Shown: positions 25,301-38,518 of the stretch, piece by piece
Position numbering within the stretch: the first letter of the stretch is position 1
Layout of the letters: each line of letters begins with the position of its first letter
Source: Takakia lepidozioides
Taxonomy: Eukaryota > Plantae > Bryophyta
Direction: 5' to 3'
Assembly: GCA_030704615.1 (NCBI GenBank)
Contig: CM060734.1
Span: 21,948,001 to 22,012,000, forward strand
DNA: 64,000 bases
Translations under genes and position numbers: made by a program
The notes under the pieces: model-generated
What the model was told of the DNA's origin: nothing
Databases searched by the model: none
The model's input: only the letters and a program-made list of their open reading frames with translations

Positions 25301-26639
25301 AAATGGTAAAGGTAAATTCTTCTTTGGCCGCTCGCCCCAGAGTTGGGATTGTAGAAATAACATACCATCCTAAACCTTCGGCCACTGGAAATTGCCACAT
25401 GAGCAGATTGGCTGCCACATGGACATTGAGTTTTCTGTTGAAAGTCTGCGTGTGTCTAAAGTATCCACGGCCGAAAGACCAAATTAGTCAAATGAATGAC
25501 CACCACCACATTTCGGGCGCTCGTTTGTGGCGTGCATAAAATGGCCCTAACAAGTGTGACAAACTTTGAGGCGGATGTTTTTGCCCACCTCATAAATGCC
25601 CTTGTCAATTTTCGGCCCATTTGGCCAAATTCTTCTGTATGCTATGCTCCGTTCGGCGGCAGCATCATAACAAAAATTGAGGTTGGCTGCCCTAAAGAAA
25701 CATTTAAGAAAAAGCTCTGGTCAGTTACAACCGCCAAATGCTAACAGACTGTTTCCGAAACCCCCATATTGCAGCCTGTTTGTAGGTACCAAGACAAATT
25801 GCAGAAATTATTTGTTCTGTGCTAAAGGTGTGAATACTAATTGAGACTTGAATATGTAGAGCAGTTTCATTCGGGCCTGTTTCTAGAGTGGTCCAAGATT
25901 TATTGTGGTCCAGGAATTAGAGGGTTTGACGAATGAGGTGGCAAAGAGAGGGGTGTGGGTAGGGATAATTTAACTTGTGAGGAGTCAAACAAAGCCAAAA
26001 AAAAAAGGGGGGGGGGAGCACATGGCCCATGAATGTAGGGTGTGGGCCACGTAGGTAGTAACTAGCTATTTTTAGTAGTTCACTAGTTGACTTTCGAGAT
26101 AGTTCTAGTATTATGCAGGTTGGGTTTCAAGCGACTCACTAGTGGCTTCCAATTTGGTGCCGCCACAAACACTACAACCTCTGGTTTCAGTACCAATGTA
26201 AGTAGTTTTTTCCTATCTTCAGGGTATGCTAAGTTGGTTGTGGTTGTGGTTGCTGCAAAAGTACAGGAACAGGGTCAGAGGAGTAGAGAGGAGTAGAGGG
26301 GAGCAGGCTTGGTGATATCCAAATATTTCTTGTTAATATATTACTTTAAATATTATGTAATTTTCTATAATAGATTCTTACAATTATTTTAAATTTCAGA
26401 TTATAAATAGTCGGCTACAAATATATTGAATATCTCATGTGAATCCTAACTCGCGATGTAAGGTCTATGTACTACAAAATATCTAAACCCCTAATTTGAT
26501 CACAGCATGTAAATTCTAGTGACGACTGCAAGTTGGAGACTAGTTTTACTATAGAGCAGGAATAGAGCGCCGTAGTGCCATGTCATCGACCCATGTCAAG
26601 ACTTGGTGGGAACAGATAAACAGCTCGCAGCTCAGACAA

Positions 26640-29195
26640 AATCCTACATGGGGTCAGGATCTTGGCCTTAGATTGCGAGAAGGAAAGGTGACCACACTTT
26701 TAGGCCATCCCCTTTGGACTCAACCTCACTGACGATCAAAGAATGGGTCACATTATTGCCAAACTTCAAAAACTAATTGTGTATTGGGGTTCAAGACATC
26801 TCTCCCTTACTGGTAGGGCTCTTGTGACCAACCAATTCCTCCTAGCAAGTTTATGGTATTTCGCCTCCGTTTGGAGCCCTTCTGCGCCCCAAATCAATGA
26901 AATCAAGAAAACCATTAGAAACTTCATTTGGGGTGCCAACTCCTGGGAAACAAATCTGAGACCAGCAGTGTCTTGGGCCCTCCCCAAAAACAAGGGCGGC
27001 CTGGGTATCATTGACCCAGGTACTCAAATCAGTGCCCTGCTAGGTAAGTGGGTTGTTAGGCTTCTTGGGACTGTAGGAGGCTGGTGGAAACACTTGGTAT
27101 TCCAACACATCTCCACCAGCTCCCCTCCGAAATCCAAAGTATGTGGCCCTTCCCTATGGATCACACAAGGCTACAAACACAAATCCAAGGGTTCCCCTCT
27201 CTGGAAAGCAATTTGGGAAGTTTGGGGTTCGATCAGACCTCACCTCAGAAAGGAAAATCACAAACTATGACGAGGCCATGTGTCAATTCCTGACCCTCAA
27301 TACCAACACCCCCTCCTCATCCAAAAGTCAACAGCGGCAAAATTCTCATCTTGGGACAACCAATCCATCGCCCAAATTAAAGATATATGGGATGGGCACG
27401 CCTTCTTATCTCAGGATCAGATCAAACCAAATCGTAGGCCCCCTGAGGGGCAATTCAAGCTACCAGATGCCTCTCCAAAACATCCATGCCAACCGGCTCC
27501 AAACCCTCACCTCTGGGCCTAGACACTGTGGAGACTGGGTCACCTGCACATCCTCACCCAACAAGTCATGTACATCACTTCCACTCGGTATGATCCTGCC
27601 TCTCAGTAAACTAGACCTCTAAAATGTTCTCCACCTTGACTCAATGCAACCAATAGGATTTGCCAATGGTCCTCAGCAAACAAAGACTTGAACGTTGAAC
27701 CCTGTAGCACCCCCTGACCAAATCCTGGAATCTTGGCTTTCACTCCACCTTTTCCTCTGGATTGAAGGAGGCCCTTTAATGGGGCTGTCAGTGGACCCAA
27801 AAGAATGGTCGTGTAGCTTCTCAACCTCTCAACCTCCCTTTTTCAACTAGACAGCCAAGGCAGCCTACCGGACCTTACTTAAACTGCAACAATTTCAGGA
27901 AAAATGGAATTCAAAGTGGGTTGGCCATGGTCTCCATCAAGCCAAATGGGGCCTCATCTGGGCGAACATTATATGGAACAAGCTTAGACCTGCGAAAGTG
28001 GCAGCCTTTCTCTGGCAGCTAGCCAACAGGGTCCTTAAAGTTGGGGCATGGTTGAATTTCACAGAAGCGTTACTATGCAAATGCTGCCAACTGGGCATTG
28101 CCGAGTCATTGGAGCACTGCCTCCTCTACTGCTCCATACCCTCAAAAACCTGGCCGTTCATTCACACCATTATGCGGATTTTGTCACCAGGGCAACCATC
28201 GACTATTCACAAAGCTCCTCAATTACGATTATGTGCTTCAGAGAGTATATTGCCAGCGCCCAGTGTTTGACTCCCTTAGGTCGACACATGTGATATGCAC
28301 TGCAGCCCCGATCGGAAATAGGGGTTACAATGTCTATAACCGCGGACAAAATCAAACATCTGGAAAGCCAGGTGTCATTGGTCACTTGCCAGAGAAGAAG
28401 CTAGCCTCTCTAGTCTGTTAGATACTATATTTTTCCGTGAAGTTCAAGTTGAAGCAAGTAAGGCATGGGTGAAATTGTATGCAGACATCAGCAGGGATCC
28501 AGAAGCTGAACCTAGGCTCCTCCGCAAATTCCAAGGCACATGGGGCAAGGACGGAATTATCCTATGTTGGTGCGCTTCGTCGTCAAGCTGTCAATGGGCG
28601 AGGCATCCCCCTCTCAGCTGGCAAAGGTCCTCAACATCACTACCATGACTCACCTGAGTTCGAGAGAGAGAAATTAATTGGAAACACATTAACGGCAGGC
28701 ACTCAACCAGGCTCAGCTTCGATCGGTAGCTCAGTCCTCATTTTTGGGAGGCTAGCCAGTAAATGCAATCACCCTCCTCGCCATCTCCGTCCGCTGGCCT
28801 CCATGTTACTTACTTCTGCTAATTGACTCTCATTGCAAGCAATTTCTCACTCATCTATGTCTGCCGGTCCAGGCATAGCTTCCCCGACTTTGTCTTGCAA
28901 TTCTGCGTCGATGCCTCGCCTCAGGGTCCATTCTCAATGGTGGCCCCGCTGTCAGGCAGCCTTCCAAGGGGGCTCTAATTATTAAAGGCCACACAACATT
29001 CGATCTATGGAGCACACACCTCGTAGGCTCTAAATCTTTATTTGGCTTAGTCCTTGGGCTCTTCAGGGACCTAGCTAATGCTTTTCATCCAACTGGATGG
29101 TGCTCTCTCAGTAGGTATCTTTGGGTTCGTCCCTCGCCAGGCGACGTGTTTGCTTCATGGCCCTACGGGGTTTACTTTTTCCCCTTAAACAATAA
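26640..29195 (+). mobile_element. 5'-truncated degenerate L1 LINE (post-RT ORF2, zf-RVT, 3'UTR)
   Basis: LSLTGRALVTNQ, RNFIWG, LPKNKGGLGI, FLWQLANRVL, CKCC...ESLEHCL. Frameshifts and stops. Homologous to 35460-37880 and ends ccccttaaa. Confidence 0.88.
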
Positions 29196-29621
29196 AATGT
29201 TGGGGTTTCATTCCTTTTCTCCAAAATTAGAAATAAAATAAAATGTTACGGCACTTTTAATATTAATTATGATGACCAAGCCATGAAAAGCTACCCCTTC
29301 GCATTTGGAAGGTAGACACCTTTTAAGAGCCATGGCTTGGGCAACATGGGAGGGTTATGTAACCGGTTGTTTCAATGCCTCCTTTTTCTAAAAAGAGCTG
29401 AGCTGGAATCAGGTGAAAGTACCGTCAAGTTCCACGGTTGATTTAAGTTTTTACATTGTTCCTTTTTGGAATAAAATATATTTTCAATGAAAAAAACATG
29501 TTCTCAGAAGTTGTCACCAGTTGTGCACAATGTGTAGCCCCACTATTTGGTTGCTTTGAAGTACTGCAATACCAAACATCTGCATAGAGTATACTAAGTG
29601 ACAAGACAACCAAGTTGTAGC

Positions 29622-29690
29622 TTGTAGCCCATTGGTAATGAGGACACACCACCTCGAAAGGGGTTGTGGGTTCAATATCATTAAGGTGTT
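29622..29690 (+). mobile_element. Degenerate tRNA-derived SINE-like head (same family as 9163-9235)
   Basis: ttgtagcccattggtaatg...ccacctcgaaaggggttgtgggttcaat aligns with the 9163 copy. Confidence 0.55.
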
Positions 29691-31071
29691 CACCTTATAC
29701 TGGAAGACTACAGTATGTATGGAGAGGGATTTTGTCATGGCAGACGTCTCTCTAGTAGTTTAGTACATATATTATACATATTAGAGTGACAAGTGGCTAA
29801 TCTCTTAGTTTTCATCCATAAAAACTCAGAATATTAAGCCCTATGTCACTTTATAGATTTTTGTCCTCTTTCATGGTCACTTATTGCAAACCAATTGAGG
29901 TTTGAGGTGTTACAAGAGGATCAAACTGGCTTTGGCATTGATACTTGCAATGTGAAGCCAAAAACAAGTGGCTCGCGTATGGCTCCTCTTTGTGAACTTA
30001 TAGTGGATCCTTTCATCCATAATGAACTTGAAATTTCATCTATTTTCAATAACAGAGGTGACCTAAGGGAGTGGTTACCCGGAAAAGGCACAATTAGGGG
30101 CTAAGCGATATTTTCCACTGATGTGTCGTCTAAGAGGAGCCAGAAACAAATGGCTTATACAATACAATGGATTAGAGGAGTCAATTTTTCATGGAAAGAG
30201 ATATGTCTTTCATCAAATGCAATTTACTTTGTCAACTTCCTCACAAAATCAATTGTGCTTGTAAAAATTTAACATACCTTTGTTAACCCTGATCCATCCC
30301 TCTTTTGTGAACAAATTACAAACACATTATAACATCAATGGCCACCACTCAACAAATTACATAACTATTTTTTGCTTCGACATTATAAATTTTTTGGGCT
30401 CCATCCCTTTCCCCCAAAATAAATAAAGTTTGAGACTATGCAAAACTGTCAAGTGGGTTAAAACTAAAACTTGATTGAAGTAAATAAATAAACAATTGAG
30501 GAACTTTGTAGTATGAATCACCGGACTCACCGTTGTACTATAGATTAAATAATTTAACATGAAAAATAATACTTATACGCCACTGTAGATGATAATATAA
30601 ACAATCATCATCCCTGTAGAGTATAAAATGCAACCATACATTTCAATTCAAGTTACACATAAACATATCCATCATTATTTCAAATTAAATATATCTTAAA
30701 CATATTATAAAAATAATAAAACGTGATTATATGATTAGAAAAACCATAAACTCGTGATTTTTTAGAATAATTTATTTTATATATTCCAGTGTTGTATGGA
30801 TATTAAAGCTGCCCGTTGCGGGTATGAAAACACTTTGGGTTTTTCATTATCCTCAAGTTCCGGGCATAACCAACATGACAAACAGCAGGTCCAAGCCACT
30901 GTTGGGCGGGTATTGGGATAACAACAGCGGGATATCAACCAAAATACCTTCGTATCCAGAACCGGACCGGGTGATGTTGAGGAACTGGGTCAAGCATGCC
31001 CTAATACCCTCAATAGAAAACATCATTCTCATCCAAAAGAAACACAACTTGAAGCCTAAATAGATGCACAT

Positions 31072-31307
31072 CAGCTGGTAGCTCAGCTGGTAAGTGCACA
31101 GTGTTGGTGGTTCGGGGTTCAAACCCGCTACCCTGCCTGGTGTGTGGATAGTTCGTGACAGGCTGGTCTGGTGGTGACGTTTCCACCTGTGTGCCTAATG
31201 GCCTATCTGAAAGGGGGTTAATTTCCCCCCCTCCTCAAGGGCCTGAATTGTGAGCAGTCGCTCCAGGTTTCCTTTTTGTGAAAAATAAAATAAAATAAAA
31301 TAAATAA
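31072..31307 (+). mobile_element. tRNA-derived SINE with (TAAAA)n tail
   Basis: A box TAGCTCAGCTGG (31079), B box GGTTCAAACCC (31116), ~150-bp body and A-rich tail at 31281-31307. No clear TSD. Confidence 0.75.
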
Positions 31308-31699
31308 CACTATAAATAACACAGGTGAAGGCTGAAGGGATGTAGAACGCTCCGTACATTCTGCGGTGAGAGGTGTTGGGACTTGGCTTAGAGAGGACTT
31401 GGGCTAAGCTCCCGACCCACCACAAACAAACGTTCTTCCCAGTCCCTCTTCCCATCCCTCTTCTTCACCTTGGATGGTCTACATCCTTGCGTGGACTCCC
31501 CCTCCTTCCTTAACTCTTCGGCGGCGTGCGTTCATGCCTTTTGTCCCTTTCTACTTATGAGATCTCATTGAAGTATGTGTTCACATGCCTGCATGTAAAC
31601 TGATGTGCAGCTTTGGCGCCCTCCCAGCTCACTACTGTCACATCTCGTTGAATTTTGCTACTTGGTGAGTTCCATGTGCAACACTTCAGCGAGCTATTC

Positions 31700-32500
31700 T
31701 GGATTTGGTCTTAGCTCAATAATGAGCCTCTAACCTCCTCCCTTCTCCTTGGCTTCTCGCTCTTCCGTCTCTCTTCACTGGCTCCCTCCCACTTCTGTCT
31801 TCTCTCCTTGGTGCATCACTGCGTCTTGATATGGGACCTTTTGTTAACGCGATCTCTGGCGGCTCTGAGTTCGACTTGCCGTGGTTCCAGACCATATAGG
31901 GACCACAGGAGAAACCGGAACAACTCTCGCCATTCTGGTCAGGGTGTGCTGGCCAGCAATGCTCCCTATGTGTCTTCTACCCCAAACAAACACGTCGAAG
32001 TCTGCAGTGAGGTGGTGGTTGCACAGCTTGAAGATCAGCAAACTCTCCAGCTTGATATGAGCATTATCAAAGGCCACTCTAAACTGCTCTCGGAGTAGGG
32101 AATCTTGATCCACTTCCCCGGAAGGATTTGTGACCGCCATTGGGCTCACACGTGGACCATTGAGCACTTGGGGGCAGACGGTGGCCTCACCCCGCACGTA
32201 AAGCACTGCCAAAAAATTATGTTTGTATTTATCGTGCCGTTAGAAAGAAGAATTCATCCGGGTGCATTCCATCTGCACCCCATCAGCTCTCTCGAGTGCA
32301 TTCCGAAATGCAAAATGCATCGGTCATTAGATTTCTTAAAAAAAAATTGGCATTTCTTTACCGAGAAGATTACGCTTACCCAACGAGTGGACTGCAAGCG
32401 TGGGAGCCTTGCCGGTACGGTCGTCGGGGATGGCCGTACCGGCGACGTTCCGGGCAGGGCGCGCTGTCAAATCCCCACCTCCCACTGCTCCCCTCTCACC
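31700..32500 (-). pseudogene. Degenerate spliced coding remnant of unknown family
   Basis: Donor gtaagc (~32378) and acceptor ttttggcag (~32206). Reading frame PEWRELFRFLLWSLYGLEPRQVELRAARDRVNKR is interrupted by TGA/TAG stops consistent with C-to-T decay. Confidence 0.3.
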
Positions 32501-32694
32501 TGCGAGCCTGTATTTTAGGATAAACCATTAAAAATCAGAGTCTAGGCATGAAACGGCTGGTAGTGTGGTGGAAAGGTGATACGCAGTATGATGACGAGGT
32601 ATGAGGTTGAAAATGTTGTAGTTTGATGATGATGAGTGATTGATTGCACATGCAACTAAATTGAACTTTTTCATCTCCAAAATATTTTTAAGTC

Positions 32695-33277
32695 CAAGCA
32701 CTCCGCTCCCCTGTTCCCAATGTCCGCTCATCTATCCCCTCCTTGTTCCCAGGCCCGCCCCTATGCCTGTCCCTTGTCCTCGCTCCCCTATTCCCGGTCC
32801 CCGCTCCTTTCCTTGCCCTCTAAAATGCGGCTCGCTCCCCTGTTCCCGGTCCCCGCTCCTCGCCCTCTGGAACGTGCTCGCTCCCCTGTTCATGGTCCCC
32901 GCTCCCCTCCTCGCCTTATGGAATACGGCTCGCTTCCTGGTCCCTGGTCCCCTCCCGCCCTATGGAATATGGCTCGCTCCCCTATTCCCGGACCATTCTG
33001 GTTCCGCCTTGTCCGCAACTTCGAGCAATAGCACATTGAAAACTTAAACATAACCTCGAATAGCATCTGTTTGCTTTAAGTTCCTCATTTTGTCCCGGGC
33101 GAGCCTCCTCGCGCTGTGGAACAAGGCTCGTTCCCCTATTGCTAGTCCTCGCTCCCCTTCTCGCTCCCCTGTCCCAATGGGGAGGAGCTGGGAACAAGGG
33201 AGCAAACTTGGGGAATATTTGGGAACATGTCCTAAAGGTGGGGAGCATGAGGAGGGAACAGGAGCATTCCCCACCTT
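32695..33277. repeat. Degenerate non-autonomous DNA-transposon-like element with reiterated CTCGCTCCCCTRTTCCC motifs
   Basis: Many copies of gctcccct(g/a)ttccc on the left, with inverted copies (gggaacaagggagc, gggaacaggagc) at the right end. No TSD found. Confidence 0.55.
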
Positions 33278-33539
33278 TCCAAATGGTGATGAGATTTGAC
33301 TGGTAGGCTGTCGGAGCCTCTCGGAGCCCCACCATCTCACACGCTTGCCTTAAACTCGTCGGGTAAGCATAGTCTCTTCATTTCTTTACGCAGTGTGATG
33401 CCCCTCATGTCGGGCATTCCCCGATTTTCAGGCCTTCCCTTCGGGCTACCGCCATCGGCGTCACGCCCTTAAATCCGGGAATGCCCTCCATTCAGGGCAT
33501 TACCCTATAGTTTTGCCATTCTCTAGGCAGAGGCTTCTT

Positions 33540-36500
33540 CTCCATTATATTTAGCTCTTCTGAATTTGCAGCTAGAGCCCTCAAGTTTAATGTCAGGAGA
33601 TCTAGGTATCGTGTGCACATTTTCCCCTGGTCAGCAGATTGGGGACACAAGTTGGGAGTTACCTGCAAACCTCGGGTGATAGCTCTTCCTATCTCCCTGA
33701 GAACTACTTGCACTCCCTCCCGGAGATCAGGGCACACTTTGGTACTCACATTGGATCGATGAATGTTAATGACCTCGAGGAGAATGACCTCCTCAACATT
33801 GATTCGGAGGCACACATGGATACTCAATGGGACACTCGAATCCCCAAAATACCTATTCCCCAAGGCTTCGACCACGCTAGGATATCTGCTTCCCTTGCTC
33901 TCACTCACGCCTTCCTAAGAGGCAGGGGGGGTCTACAAGCTAAATACTTCCCACCTTCGAATAACATCCTTCGTTGAAAGCCTCAAGAAAGCCTGGTTGG
34001 AGGCTGGAAGGCAACATCCTTGCCCGCTCCAAAGATTTGGTGAGAAACTGGCTGCAACCTCTAAACTAAGCCAAAATATGAGCAAGGATATTGCAGCCTC
34101 TCAGAAAAAGAAAGTCCAAGCCCTTAGCAAAATGCCTTGGCATCTGTCAAAAGAAAATTGAGGCTAGCACCTGTGATGATCACACCTTTCAGACTTACCT
34201 TGAGGCGCGCCAAAACTTGGACAGCTTCCATCTCCTCCAAGAAAACAAAATGAAACTACAAGCTGGCATAAACTGGTCAACAAAGGGTGAAAAGATGTCA
34301 AAATACTTCTTCCAGAAAATGAAGCTTCGCAGGGCTCTGCAGACCATCTCCGAGCTCTACACAGATAATGCGGGATCCAAATCCTCCAACCCTAAACTTA
34401 TGTGTGTGGCGGCCTCCAGCCACTTCACTGCTCTCTTCCATTCTGACCCCAAATACCCTACTTACCAGGTCCATTTGCAACAATGCCTCGACTCTGTCCC
34501 TCAGCAGCTGCTGCCCGCCGACTCACCTGACCTCGCCGCAGAGTTCACTGAACAAGAGTTGGAGGAAGCGCTTAAACTGATGAACAACAACAAGGCACCT
34601 GGCCTAGACGGCATTCCGGTAGAATTCTACAAAGTGTTATGGCCTGTTTTATCAAAAGACTTTTGTGATTTGGCCAACAAAATCAAGACTTCTGGTCAGA
34701 TGCCAGTCTTTGACTCAGGGTGTCATCACTCTGCTCTACAAGAAAGGAGAAAGAGCCAACATTGGGAACTTTAGACCCATCACTCTTCTTAATGTCGCTT
34801 ACAAAATCATTGCTAAAACATTGGCTCTCCGAATTCAACCTCTGCTCCCTACTCTTATCAGGACTAGCCAAACCGGTTTCATCAAAGGAAGATATATCCT
34901 TGACAATGTCATTTTGGCGCAAGAGGCGTCGTCCTATACCTCCCGATCTAGCAAAGCCCTGGCTCTTCTACTGCTTGATTTCGAAAAGGCCTTTGATAGA
35001 GTGGACTGGACATTTCTCTTGGCAGTCCTAAAGAGAGCAAGCCTTCTTGATGGGTTCTGTCAATGGGTGAGCATTCTTTTGGAAGGGGCCACAAGCCGCG
35101 TGCTGATCAATGGTCACCTCTCCAAATCTTTCCAGCTCCACAGATCGGTAAGGCAGGGGTGTTCGCTGGCCCCCTTCCTCTTCCTATTCGTAGCTGATAC
35201 CTTTGGTTACATGCTGGAAAACAATGCCCAAGTGAATGGCCTCAAAATCCAGAACCCGAAAACCAAGCTATGGGGTCAAGTTAAAGACTCCATGTTTGTT
35301 GATATACCTTCCTGCTTCTCGAACCCAACCCCTCCACCTTGGCAGCCGCGGAATCTACACTCATGCAGTTTTGCAGGGTCTCTGGTTTTAGGGTCAACTG
35401 GTCAAAGACAAAGGAGCTTCTCTTGGGAGACCTCTCTAAATCAGCCATTGGGACTAACCCAAATTGGGGGAACATCTGGGCCTTGTTTGGCTCAAGGAAG
35501 GGGAACCAACAACAGTTCTGGGTCATACCTTTGGCATCAACCTCACTGACGAGCAAAGGATGGGCCCCACCATTCAAAAGCTAAAAAAGAAACTGGCCTA
35601 TTGGGGCTCATGCGACCTATCGATCACGGGAAGGGCACTTGTGGCTAACCAGATCCTCATGGCAGGCATCTGGTACTTTGCCTCAGCCTGGGGCCCAAAC
35701 TCCAAATTTTTAAATGAAGTCAAAAGATTAATCAGAAACTTCATATGGGGAGCGGGCTCTTCCTCAGAGAATAAGAGACCCCACGTCTCTTGGCGGCAGA
35801 TCTGCCTCCCTAGAAAATTGGGAGGCTTGGGAGTCCTGGACCCGGAAACCCAGATTAAAGGCCTGCTTGGAAAATGGCTCCCTAGATTCGTTGGCCCAAA
35901 GGGAGGCTGGTGGAAACTTCTTCTGGCTGGCACTATTGAGGCTTCATCACCGGGCCCTACCATTGTCTGGCCAGCCTCCAACCGTTGGATAGTTCAAGGC
36001 TTCAACCACAAAACCCCTGGTTCGCATCTATGGGGCTCCATCTGGTCTACTTGGAATTGTTTCAGACCCTTCTTGGTAAAAAATGAGCCCGCCACCTTCC
36101 AGGAGACTTTGAGACAACCTATTTTCCTCAATTCTGCCAACCCATCCAGCGAAGAAAAGAGTGAAGCCAGGAAATGGGTAGAATGGGAGTCCAGGGGGAT
36201 TGCTACAATTAGGAATCTTTGGGTCAGCACTCCAAATTCCCTTCAGCAGGCGCTGGGTGCAAGGTGCCTCAGATCTGGCATCACATAAATTATTGAGTCT
36301 ATCCCTAACTCTTGGAAACTACTGTTAAAAGATGGGCCTGCACCCTTCTCACCTCACCTTTGGGTTCTCTCCAATCCTCCCTCTCTTAATATCCTTCATC
36401 TCACTGGCATGAATACCCACTCTGTTACTGGCTACGAATTCTCTGCGGATCCCCTCACAGGCTTCCTTTCTTTATCATCTCTGTAGACTACCCACCACCC

Positions 36501-37884
36501 CCTCCTCCCTCGTGTCTCCTGCTCGTATCTATTTATGGTCTGACAAATCCAGACCCCTTGACCCAATGGCTCCAGTGGTTCCTCCAATCCTCCCGTGGTT
36601 GAAAAGCACTAAATTTGTAGGTATAGACATTCCCTCCCTGCAGCTTGACCCGGCTGAATGGAATTGGAAATTTCAGAACGACTACCACCCCTTCTTCTCC
36701 TATTATGCAAAGAAAGCGTACAGATCCCTATTGAGCGCTAAACCTCTCTTTGCAAAATGGAATGAAAGATGGAGTCACGAAAACTTTGCTAATGAAAACT
36801 GGAAGTGTATCTGGGCTGTCATCTGGGAAAAAACCAAATCAGCTAAGGTCAGTGCCTTCCTGTGGCAAATAACCAACAAGGTTCTAAAAGTGGGCTAGTT
36901 CTTGAACTTCAGAGATGCTCTGCTCTGTCAATGCTGCAATATAGGGATCATTGAATCCCTTGAACACTGCCTGATTGATTGGGTTGCTCCTCGTACTGTA
37001 TGGCCCTTGGTGATAAGATTCTACCAGGCCTGGGGCCTAATGCCTCTACTGCCAGTGCCCATGTTACTGAACTATGACAAAAGGGGCAAAGAAATGGTTT
37101 GGGCAATGCCCTGTGTTTGAAGCACTAAGGACTGCCACCCTTTGGAACTTATGCAAAAGCAGATGTGCATGGATCTTGGACAACGACAATACCTCTCCCA
37201 CTGCACTACTCACATTGGTTTTCTTTGACCTTAAAGTGGCAACTAAGAAAGCCTGGGCGGTTGTGTGTGCAGATCAGGTCGCCAAGAAGCCACAACGTCA
37301 GCCAGCGCTCCTCCATGCTTTCCGCTCGACTTGGGGGAAGCTGGGGATCATTTATCAATGCTCTGATGAGCTCTCCTGTGTGTGGACAGATTCAATCCCC
37401 GATTGTTGGAGAGGGCACAGATCTAGCCTATTCAGCTTCCCCAGAATTTGAGTGATCAGAGGTCAACTGGAAATACATCAGGCCCTCCACGAGCGCCAGG
37501 CTTCATTTTCATAGGTAGATTGTAGCCTGGGTCACTCTCTACGAGCTGTTCATCTGCCTTGTTTCGCGTAGTTTCGCTAGGGGCAATCTTGCTAGGTTCC
37601 CATCAGCATCCATTCTACTGTAACTGTTTCAACAACCTGCTGTAGACATCTGTTCTGTTCGCTAAGGCCCTCATGACCCTCTGTCATGGCCCTCTGTCTT
37701 TGGACTTGTCTTCTTCTCGTGTTCTTGCTCGGGAGTTATCCAACACAGTCCACCGTGAGTACACTACATGCCTCATGGCAGCCTTCGAGCACCCCAGGAT
37801 TTTAATTTTTTTCCCTACAAATAATTCCAATAAAGCTTCAAGGGCTACCTCCCCTTTCCCTTAAAAAAATAAAATAAAATAAAA
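33540..37884 (+). mobile_element. Degenerate L1 LINE (ORF1 tail, mostly deleted endonuclease, RT, zf-RVT, 3'UTR)
   Basis: FDHARISASL (SDH remnant), GEKMSKYFF, KAPGLDGIPVEFYK, NFRPITLLN..YKI.AK, LDFEKAFDRVDW, RQGCSLAP, a broken FADD motif, ESLEHCL, and (TAAAA)n tail at 37863-37884. Confidence 0.93.
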
Positions 37885-38434
37885 TCAGTAAGGTAGTCAA
37901 TTCTGACCGCGGACGACCGCAAAGAAAGGCCCACGAAACATGTCACCCCATTCTGCCCCCTAACTTGTAAGAGACGTATCAAGCAGCAGAGTCGACTACC
38001 TACCGACAAATGCCAACGGTAAAAGTGAAGTGAAGTTTGTAACCACGCAGCCTCCACGTTGCTCATCTACCCTTCTTGCTGTGAAGGGAGAGTGGAAACA
38101 CCCCTCCGCCCACCTCCCTTGACTTGTACCACCTACCCGGAACTTCCACCCTAATGGAATATAGAATATACTCCTTCTATATGATGTATAAATAATTAAA
38201 CATGTTAATACATAATAACTGGAAAAATAAATCGATGCTTCACTCGCTGTTTCCACGTGAGCTAAGGAGTTAGCGGCACCCGTGTGATCCTGGGCTCCAA
38301 TTCTTCCGGCCACATTGTACTCTTGTGTAGTCGGTGAATGTGAGTAATGTGTGAGAAAGGAAGGGGGGTGCCGCGGTGGGGACGTGGCAGTTTCCTGGCA
38401 GACAGACTCGCTCACACAAAAGGGGCTGCGAAGG

Positions 38435-38466
<32 letters not shown>

Positions 38467-38518
38467 GCGGGGGAGGGGGCGGTGGAGGTGCTGCATTGTG
38501 GTCCTACTTGCCTTAGCG

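Noticed and set aside
30787-31003. Second hAT element starting CAGTGTTG
   Set aside because: No matching right TIR or TSD; at most a degraded end.
37493-37512. miR166-like sequence ccaggcttcatt
   Set aside because: Partial match inside an L1 3'UTR with no precursor hairpin.
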